This document shows, piece after piece, positions 11,641-26,920 of a stretch of 64,000 bases of DNA. The stretch is from NCBI RefSeq assembly GCF_009914755.1, contig NC_060935.1; one strand, 5' to 3'. Source of the stretch: the human T2T-CHM13v2.0 reference genome, Homo sapiens. The position numbers and the translations under genes were made by a program. The notes beneath the pieces are model-generated. The model worked only from the letters and a program-made list of their open reading frames with translations, was not told the DNA's origin and did no database searches. Within the stretch, counting starts at the first letter, position 1. Every line of letters starts with the position of its first letter.

Positions 11641-14600
11641 AATAATGGGAATTTTGCTCTGAATGGCATGGAGAAAAGCCAGAAGAAGAGTACAAGCATG
11701 CTTAACTAAAAACTCTAACTTTCCACATTTTGTTCAATTTCCTTAGGGAACTTTTTTCCTCCTTTTTTCAGTTTAACTTTTCATTCTTCTATGCCTGCTC
11801 ACTCCCAGCCCAGACCCTTGTAGAGTTTCATGGGGCAGTCTAGACCCCACTTCACCTGCTGGCCCCTTGTAGCTAATGGCGTTTTGTACTTGCGTCCTTA
11901 GACAGCCTGCTTTCTGTCTCCAAGAAATATATTAAAACTTCTTATTGCTTAGTGATGCCCCCATGTCCTAGCCCTCTTTACTTAGCTTACATGTTAGTTT
12001 ATTTCTTTTTACACTTCTACGCTTTTGTTTCAATTGTTCTTTAGATGGGACTGGAGGTAAATGGGTATGTGCCTAGCCCACCATTTTAATCTTAGCAGAG
12101 TACAATTTGTCAAATTATTGCTCAATAAAAGTTCCTCAATTCTCATATAACCGTAATTTTTCTGAATTTCTGTTCCGGGTAGGACAGCTATCGGCAAAGA
12201 AAAGTATTTTCTGGGCAATTGTCAGAAATCCAAACAATATTAACCTAAGCCAAATGAAACCTAGCTAAGGACTGTAGGATCATCTCTTCTATGATGGGCA
12301 CACACTGATTATAAAACCACAGTTCCAGAGAATTTTAGAATCAGGTGGAACCTTTTGGGTTATCTGGTAAGAGCTTCTCATTATAAGAATGAGTAAGCTC
12401 CAGCTCAGGGACACTGACCTGCCCAAATCATGCAGCAATGAAGCCAAATCTACAAACTCTCATTCCACTGTTATTTCCACTATACCAGTCTTAATTTTAA
12501 TTAAATTGCTATTGATTAAAATATAATCGCAATCCTTTAACTGGTGGTTAAAAGGCCGTATTTGAATAGGCAGAGCTCAAGAAAGACTAATGTGATCACA
12601 GAAGAAAACCATAATTTTGTAACAGCTACTTTAAAATAAAATTCAAACTTTTTAGTATGTTTCTGTGGGGATCACATGGTAGATTCAAGATGAAGACATA
12701 TTAACTTTTCTCTCTGGTTTCAATATGGCATTTTTGGGGGGTCTAGACCTGCAGAATCATGGCCTGCAATGGCCCCACCAGAGCAAAGCAGTGCGATCCA
12801 GAGATCCTGGCTGCTGTCAACGGGGAGCAAGTGCCTTGAAGGTGGCCCAAGGAGGGCACATCCACTAGTCAATGGCTCCTACTGCCATACCAGACAAGAG
12901 ACCCATGGTCCCAGGTTTCCCAAGAGATTTCTCTAAAGGAAAGTGAATAGTTGGTGTTATTTACAAAGCAAATCATCAGAGTTAGCTGGAGACCACACTT
13001 TTTTTGTTGTTAAAGAAAAAAAAGAAAAAAGAAAGAAAGGATAATGAAGCCGAGCTCAGGCCTGGTTCACATAAAAGCTGATGTAAAACAGATTTACAGC
13101 AGTGCACTGCGTGCTTTTATGTGAGACTGAGCTCAGAGGGGGCACATCCATCTCTGAGGAAGCCAAAGTGAGCAAGATTTAAAAGGCGGCCTTTCTTTGT
13201 TCCATAATAGGTTGGACACTTCAGAGTAAAAGAATCAAAAGGTGTTAAGGATGATATTTATAACAGCAACATTGCACACCTATTTTGGTAATAGGCTTTA
13301 AGTACTTAAGACATAGAATCATCTTATATTTCATGTGCTAGGCTGTGTCTCTTCCTTTGTAAATTTGTCACATAGGAGTGATGTCAACACAGCTTGCAAA
13401 TAAATGGTTGTCAAACCAGAAGGTTGATGTCCAGGGCCTTAGTTAGCTTACTGTTGTAAAGATCTTAAATTCCCAGGATGATTCAGGAAGCATGTAAATG
13501 GATTGTTTCACAGGACAGAGGAGCTTACCTACATTATGTGAACAACCTTGTTACAAAGTTTAGCCTTCTAGAAGTTAAGTCTGTATATCATGAACTATTC
13601 AGAAATTTGATCCATCCAAAAAGGTCCCCTCTGACCTCGGTGTTTTCTTAGGCCTGCAGATAGAGTTAGAAACATCTGCAATCATTTCTGCAGGGTGGTC
13701 TTTGCTTTTTAAGTGCAATTAGACTTTTGGGGGGTTCTTCACAAGGTCACCAACACCTTTGGACTCTTCAGTTTTCTTTTAGGTGACTGGAAAGGAGAGA
13801 AGGAAGAGGCAGCTGAGTAGAGCAGGGGAAACTGAGAAGCTTTTACTAGTGTGATAAAGCGGGAGGAGAGGCTAGACTCTGATATTGCACTTGTATCATG
13901 AAAGAAGCCAGGGAGCTTCCCCATTCATGTACACATAAGGAATTGCTGCAGAAACTAAAGGCAGGTTATGCCGGATGAGGTGAAAATGTGTTTCAGAGTC
14001 AAATAAGGGCACCTGAGCTTTGTAGAGAAAGTTAAAATGAGAACAATGTCTTTGTCCATATTGAGTGCATAACAATTAGGTGAGACAGAAGAGAAGATAG
14101 AAGAAGACATATGGAGAGGAAAAGTTGATGAGCTTCCCCACTTCTGGTGTGAAAAGTTCATCAACTGAAAAGCCAAGAGTGCATGAATAACTAGGTAATA
14201 ATGCATTTCACTGTCATCATCGCTGCCTTAATTCATTCCTCCCCCACCTACCCCTTGCTCCTGTCTTAGGTTCATAAAATGAATGTACATTTTTTGGTGT
14301 CTGTTGGATCCCAAAGTTTTCTTATGAACTCCCTGTAAGGGTCAGTGACAAGTTTCCATTGTTTGAAAGAGAATAAGAACCTAAAACGGATTATAAAACC
14401 AGACTTGCCCTGGGCCTGTGCTGTCCCACTGAGCAACACAGACTGATCTAAAGGCACTAGGTCATCTTGAGGGTCTTGATGATCTCTTCACATCCAGAGG
14501 GAATATGAATCAACATTTTCTTCCTTTTGTTGCAGGAGTTTTCGTAGCTTTCAATGCAGCAACTTGTGGTTTTCCACAAGACCCCACAAATGTACATTAA

Positions 14601-16370
14601 TAAATATGTGTATATTTGAAATTTTGCAAAAGTTTTATACCGTCTTCCCTCCTTGTCAGTCAGGGATGCAGTAATAGCAGTAGTGAGTATAAAAACAACA
14701 TTTATACACAGGCATGTCCTCTTTTTCTGGAATATCTCTGAGTAGACAAGAGGGCTGTTAACCCGCCAATTTATGTGTATTTCTCTCCAGGGTGAACTGA
14801 GACCAGATGTTCATCACACCAAACTAAGTACACATTTGGTAATTATCTGGTGAATTTTGTTCAGTGGGGACAGCTCTGGGCCTAAAGAATGTGAGCCGTT
14901 TTGATGTAGTCTTGTCCACTTTCCTTCCTGAGTTTCTCTGAATCTCTCACCCGAGTTCCCCTTGGGGCTCACACTCCTCCGTGAATGACTGGTCTTCATC
15001 TAGCTCTGTGCTAGTGGATGATCTCCTGCTTAGGTTTGTACTCCCAAGTCTCCCGAAGGCTCCATGAACAATTTACAGTGTAAATGACAGGGGGAATTTC
15101 GTTAGGGTGATAGAATTTAATTATCCACTTTTAGCATTGAGCGAAGATGCAAGGCTAACAGCTCCACGCTCGCCAGAAGTGCCCGGGGACCATCTTCTCT
15201 GAAGATGAGTGTGCTTGGTGTGTTCAGAGCCTGGGTTTTCATGCTTCTTCTGCAAACCCACAGAGAATCTGCTCCTCTTCCCACTGCCAGACTCACTTCA
15301 AACCCTGCTGGGTACTGAGCCCGAATCCTAGGCAGAGAATTCCAGTCATTAGATCTCACAAAAGCTTTTTATTTTGATCATGTTTCCATTTACCTTGTTT
15401 TTGTCACTTACTCTTTTATTCCCAGTCCTATAGATGACCAGGTCACTGTATTGCCATCTTCAATAGCTGAGTTCTATTTCTCTTTGAGTTATTTTTTATG
15501 GTTGGATTTGCCGGTTTTAGGGGGAAAATAGAATCATTTCAGTTTTGCCCCTATTTGAACTTATTTTGTGCCTACGTACCTCCCACTGAAGCAGGGGGAG
15601 GATGTGCGGTGCTTGACATTCAGAACGACCTTGTGTCGATGGAGAGCTCCTATTGGCCCCAGGGTGATTGTGTCAGCCTTGAAAACCTTTCTTCCTAACT
15701 TTCGAGATGACTTTCGTAGGATCACATGGCCTGAATAATACATGCTATGTAAGCACCAGAGCATTTAAATGTATGAAACTTGTTAGAATTTTCTTAGTTT
15801 ACTGATTTCTCCCCAATACCCTGTTTGATTTACCCATTGTGTAACCTGTATGGTGATCTCGGATGATGGAAGAAGAAAAAGCCCTAAAATTTGCCAGAAT
15901 CCCTTTTGAAAATATCTTCCTGTCCCTTCTCACAGTTGGGATGACTTTTACCTTTGTAGCTCAAAGCCCTAAACTGTCCTGAATTCCAGATTTGTTTACC
16001 TAAGTGCCTAAGTGACATAGCCACTCAGGCATCTAACAGACCTCTCAAAGCTAGCATTTACATGCATCTTGATTTTGCCACCAAACCTACACCTTCCCTC
16101 GTTCTTATCTTAACAAATGAAGGAGCCATTGACTTAGTAGCTCAAGCAACCACATTGAATTGCTTAAGCAAGAATAGAGGATGCTGTCCTTGCCTCCTTT
16201 TATCTCCATTGCATCCTGCCAAAGATAAAATCTAATGGCCAATCCTTACACTTCTGTCTCAAAAATTTATCTCAGATCTGTCTTTCCCTATCTCTCCTGC
16301 TACTCTAGTCTCAATTACCATAAACTTTTACTTGCATTTCTGCAAAAGCTTTTCATCTCTTTCTTGTTCT

Positions 16371-16381
16371 TATCTATCTAC

Positions 16382-16443
<62 letters not shown>

Positions 16444-16520
16444 TGACCTATCTATCTAATCCATCTATTGAGCTATCTATCAATCTATTATCTATGTAAT
16501 TATCTATCTACCTATCTACA
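16371..16520. repeat. (TATC)n / GATA tetranucleotide STR
   Basis: About 14 uninterrupted TATC units at 16385-16440, then a degenerate tail. Confidence 0.95.
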
Positions 16521-17154
16521 CTTGTCTAATTTTAAAATAGTTAATAAAATGACTTTTCTCATGGCTTAATAAAACATAAAAGGACATATGGTAAAAAGTG
16601 CACCTCACAATACTGTACCACATCTATTCTCTAAGTAACAAATATGAAATTTAAAAATAGCAACTTTTAAGCCAAAACATATGTAATGACCAATTTTGAT
16701 CATTTTTGACCTTCAAAAATGTCAGTTGAATATGGTTTTATCTACTAGTTTCTTATAATTTCTTTCAGCTACATGAGAATACATAAAAAATATAATTTAT
16801 GTCCCCACTATTTTACACAAAAAACAGTATCCTTTAGATTTGGTTTGTCCCAACTTCTTCGTTTAATAATAGACTGGAGACATTTTGTTAACAGTAAGGA
16901 AAGAATTGTTTTTTAAACAACTATTTATCAGTCCCATTGTATGGCTATACCATTATTAATTCACCGTCTCACCCATTGATGGACATTTAGGCTGTTTCTA
17001 ATATTTTGCCATCACACAATGCTGCAGTGGACAATGTTGTACATCCATTGCTTCGTGAGCACTTGCGGAGTTCTTTCACTCTTCACTTTCTCCAATTCAT
17101 TTTCCAACAACCAAAGTCATCTTTTAAAAGCGTAATTCTAACAATGCTACTCTT

Positions 17155-18719
<1,565 letters not shown>

Positions 18720-18960
18720 TAATGTTCAAAATAAAAGCCCAGTGCCCCATGCCAGGACCATGTGGTACAAATGACCAGCTGCTGCTAACCTCCTTCCTCT
18801 CCTGTGCCCTCCCCTGTGCCACCACACTCCAGCCTTCTCTGCGTTTCTCAAACATGCCAAGTGTATTCTATGTTGTAGGGTGAGGCAGCAGTTGCCCAGA
18901 ATATTCTCTCCTGGGTTTTTCTATTGCGGACTCCCTGTCATCCAGGTTTTGGTTTGAACG

Positions 18961-19155
18961 CGGTGGTGTGCCGGTAAATGTTTAACAGGCAGCTGTCCCG
19001 GGAAAAAGGAAGCCATGATGTGGGGCATTTACCAATTTGTGTAAATATTCCACCATGGCCTAAAGATACGGGAGTGATGTCAATCAGCTCACCAACTTGT
19101 GGAAATTTTAATAATTCATTCTTCTGAGCTGTTAGCTGCCTCCAGTTTAGCAGTG
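18961..19155. mobile_element. MER63-like hAT DNA transposon
   Basis: Terminus cggtggtgtgccggtaaatgtttaaca. Confidence 0.65.
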
Positions 19156-19319
19156 CTTGAGATGATGTTTTTCCTCTGAAGTAAGCTCCAATGATGGTTA
19201 AACCTGTTTGTTTGTTTTAAATTTCTGTCTTAACCATATCACTAGCATAGAATCTTTTCTTCTTCATTTACTTACTTACTTACTTGACTATTGAATGATT
19301 CCTGCACCCCCACTCAACC

Positions 19320-19353
19320 AACACACACACACACGCACACACACACACACACC
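19320..19353. repeat. (CA)n microsatellite, interrupted
   Basis: Directly visible. Confidence 0.9.
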
Positions 19354-19989
19354 CCTACCTAAGTTTCATGAAAGCAAGGACCTTGTCTGTTTTTTCAGTG
19401 CTTTATTTCCTGTGTTCACATTGGTATTTTGGCACATAATATGTACTCAGAAAATGCTGGTAGAACGAATATATGAATAAATGAATTTCAATCAGTAATT
19501 AACTCCCCAGTTTAATTCTGACCCCAAATGCTTTGCCATGGTCCTGACTAGAATTCACCTGAATGTGTCCCACAAATCTGATGCCACTCTCCTAAGTGCA
19601 GTCACCTTTAACGTTTCTTGGTGTGTGGCCACTGTTTTTTTGATTGCTTGGATTGGCAATTTCTCTGTACTCAGATTGCATGAGGCCTGTCCAGCTGCAC
19701 AGCCTACCTATCCTAGTCCACAAATTCTGCTCAGTCATCTCCTCCCACAAAAGGCAATTCCAATGCCCATGTCTGCATGTTTGCATAGGTATTTACCTGC
19801 TTCTATCTGAGCATTTGCTCCACCCCTTCTTTCTAATGTCAATCCTTCACAGCCCAATTCTTATCCTCTTTCCTCCATGAAGTATTTTCCTTTCTATTCA
19901 ACTCATACAGATTTTTCCCTTCTCCAAACTTCTGTTGAGTCTAAAGTTGAGAAAATTGCCACCTTTGGCCTAAAACAGAGGGTACATCT

Positions 19990-20295
19990 TAACTATGGAC
20001 TGTATGCTCTGGGGATGTTAACAAGTTAGTATTAATTTCCTGTGGGTGATTATGACACTGGGGTTATGTAGGAGAATGTCTTTATTCTTGGATAATATCT
20101 GCTGAAGAATTGAAGGATAAAGTGTCATAATGTCTACAATTTACTTGCAAATTATTTTTGATATGTGAGAGAGAGAGGAAAATGGAGCAAAATATTAATA
20201 ATTGGTATATCTAGATGCTGAGTATGTAGATATTTATCACTATATTATACTTTCATTATTTCTGTAAGTTTGGCATTTTCAAAATGAAAAGTTGA
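19990..20295 (+). mobile_element. L1ME-type 3' fragment
   Basis: ggttatgtaggagaatgtctttattctt...actttcattattttctgtaagtttg. Confidence 0.6.
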
Positions 20296-20489
20296 GAGAT
20301 AAACTGGTGAATTAGAAATATCTATTAGGCTTTAAAGCATACAGTTGTCTGGTTCCCACTCTTGAAGCTCTATAGCTTCTGGCTCAGTAAGTCTAGGTGG
20401 TTAAGTTCAGGTGTACGTGTTTTTATAAAACTCCGCAGAAGATGCTAACATGGAGTCAGGTTTCTTTGAAGCCCAGTCTGAGACCATGG

Positions 20490-20830
20490 GCTTCGCTGGG
20501 CAATAGCCCTTAGGGAAGAGGAGTCAGGGCAGCAGAATAGGACTGTGGAGAGAAGCCAGGCAGGGATGGGCTTCGCTGGAGCCTGACTTCAGGCTGAGCC
20601 TGTGGGAGAGTTCTGGAGCACAAGTCACACTGCAGACTTGGTCCCACGTGGACGCAAGAGGCTGGTCTTCTGTATCCCTAGGCCAGTCAGGTTTGCTGAG
20701 GTCTGATCTGGAAGAGGGGCTGGTGTGGTGGGTGGTAGCTGCCCACATGAAGGTTTGGCCAAGGATGACTCTCTGGAGAGACAGCTGTGAGTTACTCATC
20801 AATGCTCTAGAGGGGGCACAGGGTCCCCTC
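20490..20830 (-). mobile_element. ERVL-class LTR fragment (LTR33/LTR41 group)
   Basis: gggagagttctggagcac...gcaagaggctggtcttctgtatccc...gacagctgtgag; family is tentative. Confidence 0.45.
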
Positions 20831-21279
20831 CAGTCGAGGGGACCTGGGCAGACACCAGCAGGCTTCAGCACATGTGGCCGAGTGTTGAAAAGTACTGCTG
20901 TCAAACAGCACGGGCTGGAAATGTATTGCTCCTTACTTCATGAGCCCTAACTCTCCAACTTGAGGCAGGGACCATGCCCGAGGCTATTAATGACCTCTCC
21001 AGAGGCTGGCGCCTGTTGGGCACATTCTAAACAGCCAGTGCATACTCACTGGCTAAGGGAACTGGCTTGTTTCATACCCCTACAACAGCATCCACCCAAG
21101 CCATAAGAGACATTTCCTTAGGAGACAGGAATTCTTGACTCTGGTGTTGTGAGGAGGAGGGTGTAGAAGGCTAAGAAATGGAGCTTACCACTTGTTCAAG
21201 AATTCCACTTTATAATTGTCAGCTCCTGTTTTTCATTATCTGCTCTGTATCAAACTACTTAGAGCAATACATATTATTT

Positions 21280-21660
21280 TAGTTGGGGTCTCTCCAGAAG
21301 CATAGATTTAAATAGTTGGTTTGGGAGGTGATTCCAGCACACGCCAGTAGAAGAGTGAGCTGACATGGGAAGGGAAGGTAACCAGTACAAGGCACATCAC
21401 CAAGTGAGATGCCACCCTGGGACTCAGTCCCTCTTGGAAGTGCTGGGCCCAGCGTGGAATATGTGCCTCAGCGCCATGTAACTCATGATACTAGGGTGCT
21501 AAGATACTTATATGCCAATCACATCAAAGTTTGCGTGTGGGATTAGGGAGGTCTTTAATTCTCCAGTTCCAGGCCAGTGCTGCGTGGGGGCAGAGCAGTT
21601 TCTGGTCACAGAAGAAAGCCCTCAGGCGACACGATGCAGAAACACTGCAACAGTAAAAAA
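21280..21660 (-). mobile_element. ERVL-class LTR fragment (LTR33/LTR40 group)
   Basis: ggggtctctccagaagca...tttgggaggtgattccag...gggaagggaagg...agaaagccctcaggc; family is tentative. Confidence 0.5.
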
Positions 21661-22919
21661 CGGCATTTGCAACCCTGATTCCATTTCATTTTACCTACAA
21701 TAGCCCTTTAGCAATATCCTCTTCTACAGGCTAGGAAGGGGGACCAGAGGAAGCTCAAGAGCTTCCAAACTGTAGCTATTTAGTAGCCATCAAAGCAAAA
21801 TTTGAACACTGGTAGGCTCTGTCCCAAAAGTTAGTGCTCTTACCTGAAACAGGTCCTAAAACTTTCATGGGTGGTGACTATCACGATTATAAGTGCTGAG
21901 TGAATGGATGGCCTAGGACGTTTGGCAGCTCTCTTCGGGCCAGAGCTCAGTGGTGAATAAAAATCCACCAGGTGTCAGTAAATTGGAAATGGGCTTAGAG
22001 GCAACGTACACCCTACTAAGTAGCAAAGGTCAGCTTGTCTAGAGAAGCATTCATGCAGGAGCCAGCTGGCACTGAGTGATTTCTCTGGCACTGCCTAAGC
22101 CTCTAGGAACACACATCGTCATTTCTGTCGGTCACAGCTCTAGCCTGCGTGGGGTTCCGGTGACTGCCTCCTCAACCTTCACGTCAGCGCCAAGCCCCTC
22201 ACTCATGTCATTCTGCACCTCACCAGCTGTCTGTCAGGACCCTGATAGCTCTCTTCTAGAGGAGTCTCAGCTCAGTTGTGTTGATTGAAGACTTCTGCAA
22301 TTCATAAGCACAAAAAAAGAAAACCAATGGGGAGGTCAGGAAAGAGAAACTTGGAGAAGAGCTCCAAGATAATTTACTAGGTAACAGCCTTAAGAGAGCA
22401 AGCTTTCGCTATTGCAAGGATTTCTGCATTCAGGGTATTCATGTGTCTCTGATGTCTCAGGATTATTTTTGGTTGGTTTCACCAGCATGCCGGGTCACTG
22501 GGTTGACTAGTCCTGGGACACCATTCATATGAAAGTCTATGTCCATTGCATGGCCCACATGCTGTGTTTACTGAGCCAGCTGGGTCTACAGCTGGAATAT
22601 GTAGATCTGAGTCTTTAGAAAGAAGCGGTTGAGTCTCCGTTGCCATGAAATAGTGGCCAAAACAAAACAAAACAAAACAAACCTTTGGAAAGTTGCAAAC
22701 TCACAGCATTTAAGAGAAGACCAGAGGTTGGAGGATAATCCTAGAAAGCTTAGCCAGAGTGGGTGGAAAGTAGGAAGTTGGATTAGATGTTCTCTAAATT
22801 TCTTTCCCAGCTCTAAGGTCATGCAATTTTAAATCTCAAGACAGAATACTTTTGATCCCTGTTCATAAAATAAATTTAAGAAAGTACTAATGTACTGTTT
22901 ACATGATAAAACTCATATA

Positions 22920-23267
22920 TAGTAGTCCTCCTCTATCCAAGGAGGATACATTGCAAGACCCCTAGTGGATGTCTGAATCTGCAAACAGTACTGAGCCCCA
23001 GCTATACTGTATTTTTTTTCTATACTTACATACCTGTGATAAAGTTTAATTTATCAATTAGGCATGGTAAGAAACTAACAATAACTAATAATCGAACAGA
23101 ACAATTGTTCCAACATACTCTAATAAAAGTTATGTGAATATAGTGCCTCTCTCACTCTCTCTCTCTCAAAGTATCTTATTGTGTTGTACTCACCGATTTT
23201 CAGACCGCAGTTGATCTCAGGAAACTGTAACCTTGAAAAGCAAAATTGCAATAAGAAGGTACTACTA
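22920..23267. mobile_element. MER44A-like Tigger-derived DNA transposon
   Basis: TIR-like ends (t)agtagtcctcctctatcc ... ataagaaggtactact with TA flanks; internal aagacccctagtggatgtctgaa. Confidence 0.8.
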
Positions 23268-23479
23268 TATACATAGATATTTGCAAAGGATGACATTAAA
23301 ATATAAATACATATGCTAACTTTTTTTCTAGGTCCCTGATGAATAAACTTACACCACCCTTGAGGTATAAATATTGTAGTTTGGATACGACTGCTATAGG
23401 TGCAAATTCTTTCCTTCCCTGTTTCACCTAATACTGCTTTATAGTACCAAAGGGATTTTGACAAAACAAAATTTTTAGG

Positions 23480-23740
23480 AGGGCACTGTGCAGAGCCATT
23501 CAGAGTACAAGAGCTCTGGAGTCAGAGAGCCCCAGGTTTAAATCCTGGCTCCATTCATGTTTAGCCACATGACCCTCCATTTGTTGCTTAACTTATTAAG
23601 CCTCAGTTTTTTCACTTGTAAAAATAGGCCTAATTATAATCACAGTACCCATCTTCCAAGATTGTTGAGACAATGGAGGTAAAGCATGTAAAATGCTTAG
23701 GAATATCCTGGCGCATAGTAAGCATATAATAAATGGCAAC
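23480..23740 (+). mobile_element. MIR, near full length
   Basis: gctctggagtcagaga...aatcctggctcc...gcctcagttttttcacttgtaaaaata...ggcgcatagtaagc. Confidence 0.8.
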
Positions 23741-25209
23741 TACCATTCATTTTCAAATGAATCTGCCCCCGCCCCGACTCCACCCCAAAAACTTCTCCTT
23801 CCCCAGTACACAGTACTTATTGCTGGACTGGCTCAAAGATCCAAGCCCCTTACTGGGCTATGACACTGCTGTGAGGGCTCTGGTGCCTGCTGCTTCCCCC
23901 TGGAGGCCTCCAGGTCCTGAGAAGTGCCTCTCAGACAAGTTCTTAGGATGGTCCCTGGAAACTACCTGGTTGCTTTCAGGTGTGGCCTCCTCCTGCCCAG
24001 CGTCACCATCCTGGGATTCAATGATACAGAGAAAAGAGTCTTCCTGTTGTAAGAAATGCATAGGCCCAGTGACAAGGAGGAAGTTTCCAGAAAGAACCAC
24101 TCTAACTTTGAAGAGAACTTGGAGTTTTCTTCCTCCTTCTCCACTACTCTCATCACATGCATTTGATCCTGGAGAGTGAAGTTTCTTTCTTTTCACTATC
24201 ATTTATTTTCTTTTTTGAAGCACAATGTATTATAAATTTTCCTGAAAATTTTTTTCTTGGTCAAGATGAAAAATAAGAGGTGAAACCAGAATCTGGAAAT
24301 TATGAATCCGAGCGTCAATTTGTTCATCTGTAAACTGGGGACTCAACTTAGGATTTAAAAAAACAGCCGACGTAAGGAAGTGTGCTTTGTATACATTTCC
24401 ATATGTAAGGAAGGAATTACTTTTGACTCTTCCTCGAGGGGAAATGGTATGATAAAATTGTGAGCAACAAACCAGGAAGTCTGTTTTGATCCTCCGTTCC
24501 TCTGTGGGGTCTATCATTGACAGAGAGAGCACCCTGGAGAGCCAGAGAGTGCTAAGGCAGGAACGGGAGGGAGGGAGGGAGAGAGAGGGAGAGGCTTCTC
24601 CATATAATTTAAGGAAGCGGGCTTCAGAATGAGAGGGGAGCAAAATGAAGGGTGAGGAATGTAACTATTATAATTCTGATCTATTGCACCATCTAAAAAA
24701 GACATCTATTTGAACTCCTGTACAAGCAGCAATTACCTGGAAAATAAATGTAATAAGGATCTCCTAAGTTGGCAGTAAAATTAGCATCGCTGAATTTTAA
24801 TTAATAGTCCAGCTTGGAGAAATATACTACTCCGTCTGATCGAAAGAATGGCCTCATCCATGGAGCACGCTCTCTCAAATCAGTGCTTTCAGCAGGTATT
24901 TTGTTTTCCTTCCATTTCCCAGAGATTTTGGCAACTCCAGCATCACTGGGAGAACCAGTGGGTAAGCATACTGTAGCAGCCCGTCCAAAAGAAATGCTGT
25001 TGGTCACATGCTGCCTCTGTGGACCTCAGTTTCCCCATTTGCAAAATAATGGAATGGTGTGTTGTGGATGGGAAAGATTTGAATCTCTTGTGTTCCTTTA
25101 GCTTAATATTTTTTGTGTTTTTGTCCAGACACCTGTTCTTTTTAGGTTCCTCTGTTTTCTGTATTAAACACTGCCACAGTAACAGTGACGTAGACAATGG
25201 TGGTGGGGA

Positions 25210-25950
25210 AGAGGGGTTTTATTGAGAACCTAGGATGTGCGGGCACTGGATGAGAGGCTTTGCAACCATTACTGATTCTGGTCTTCATGACCTCCCTTTG
25301 AAGTGGCTCTTATTTGTGTCCCCATTTCACGGATGAGGAGAGACTGCTAAGCCAAGCCTTGTTCAAGGCCATATAGCTGGCCACCAAATGATTGTGGTGG
25401 TCATAGGATGAAGAAAATTAAATAACGTTTTTTTCACTGGAACTCTTAGGAACCCCACTGCTCCTTTTGAAAGTCAGAGAAATGTCCTGCCTCTGGGACT
25501 TTTAAATTTCTCAGGGTGAAGTCTTACAAGATTCACCAGCCCCTCACCCATCACATTCCCCTACGGATTCGCTGCTCCTCCCATTTCTGCTTAGTGCAAC
25601 TATTTTCTCATTGTAGTACTCTGAAAATGTTCAGATCACCCTTGGTTATCTGTTCCTCATTCTTCATATCCAGGCATTCATCAAATTCTCTGCTTTCATT
25701 ACTTAATTCAGTGCTAATATGTCAGATACTGCATGAGAAACTTAATCATAATAGCTCCTTGATTTATATAGTGTTTTGGATTTTCAAAGAGCATTCACGT
25801 GCATTATCTTATTTAATCCTCACAATGGCCCTTGAAATAGATGATCTATATTTTACAGATAAAGAGATGGAAGCTCAGAGAAGACCAAAGTCGGATAGCT
25901 AGTGTGAAGAAGAGTTGTATTATCGCCCACATCCAAGTTTAAAGGCCAGT
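25210..25950 (-). mobile_element. Two MIR fragments (~25210-25390, ~25750-25950)
   Basis: cccatttcacggatgaggagagactg; atttaatcctcacaat...ttttacagataaagagatggaagctcagaga. Confidence 0.65.
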
Positions 25951-26436
25951 GTTCCAAGTAACATAGTCTTCCTCAGTGTCTCCTATGTCTGCCTTACTTT
26001 ATTCATTTCCACAGTTTCTTACAAGTTCCAACCCATACCATCTCACCTCTGCTTTCTACGGCAGCCTTGTGGTTGGCATCCTTGATTCCTGACTCTCTAT
26101 TGTGATCCAGATTTAAATTCCAGTTCCTTGTTTTTAAACCTATGGTGGATCCTTATTATTTTGGATCTAAGTTATATTCCTCTATAAATCTTTCAAGGTT
26201 CTCCATTATCTGTCCTGATTCTGCACTTGCAAGCATGTGTCCCACCTTCCTCAACTCATCTGTGTATCTCCAGAACCTAGCTCCATGCCGTGCACATGGA
26301 AAAGCACTCAACACTTGGAGCACATTTTCATGACCCTCTACATTCTATTCTCATCAATAAAAGACTAATTTTTTAAAGAGCCAACTGCACCATGTTAGAA
26401 TAATCCTAAATTCTGTTTAATACTTACAGTTTATAT

Positions 26437-26920
26437 CTTTGCTATTCAAAGTGTGGACCAGAAGGATACACATCACATCAAAGCTTGTAAGAAATGTAGG
26501 ATCTTGGGAACCTTGGGCTTAATCAAGATCTGAATATTAACAAGGCCCTAGGTTACTGGTATGCATATTAAGTTTGAGAAGCACTGGGCAAAAGATTCTA
26601 GTCACGATGTAATGGGCCAAGTAGAGGCTCTAATTCATAAGTGCCTGAGTTTGAATCCCAGCTCTGCTACTTACTGGCTTTGTAACCTTGATTAAACTTG
26701 TAAAGTTCCTTGGGTCTCTATTTCCTTGTTTGTAAAATGAGATTAGTAATAGTTCACTGACTTTGAGTCAGGCATTTTGTATGCATTATCATTGCATTTT
26801 GGATATTCCTATTGTATTTTTTGAGATGCGAACACTGAGGCAGTGTGGTATAGTCAGGTAACACAACACATTAGCTGGCAGAGTTGCAGTTCAAACCCAC
26901 ATCCATCTGATGACAGATAA
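26437..26920. mobile_element. MER5A fragment followed by MIR fragments
   Basis: gctattcaaagtgtggacca...aagtttgagaagcactg; gtttgaatcccagctctgctacttactggct. Confidence 0.65.

Noticed and set aside
14536-14620. Plus-strand terminal exon (acceptor ending 14535, AATAAA 14599-14604)
   Set aside because: Signals are common by chance and no linked upstream exon can be shown
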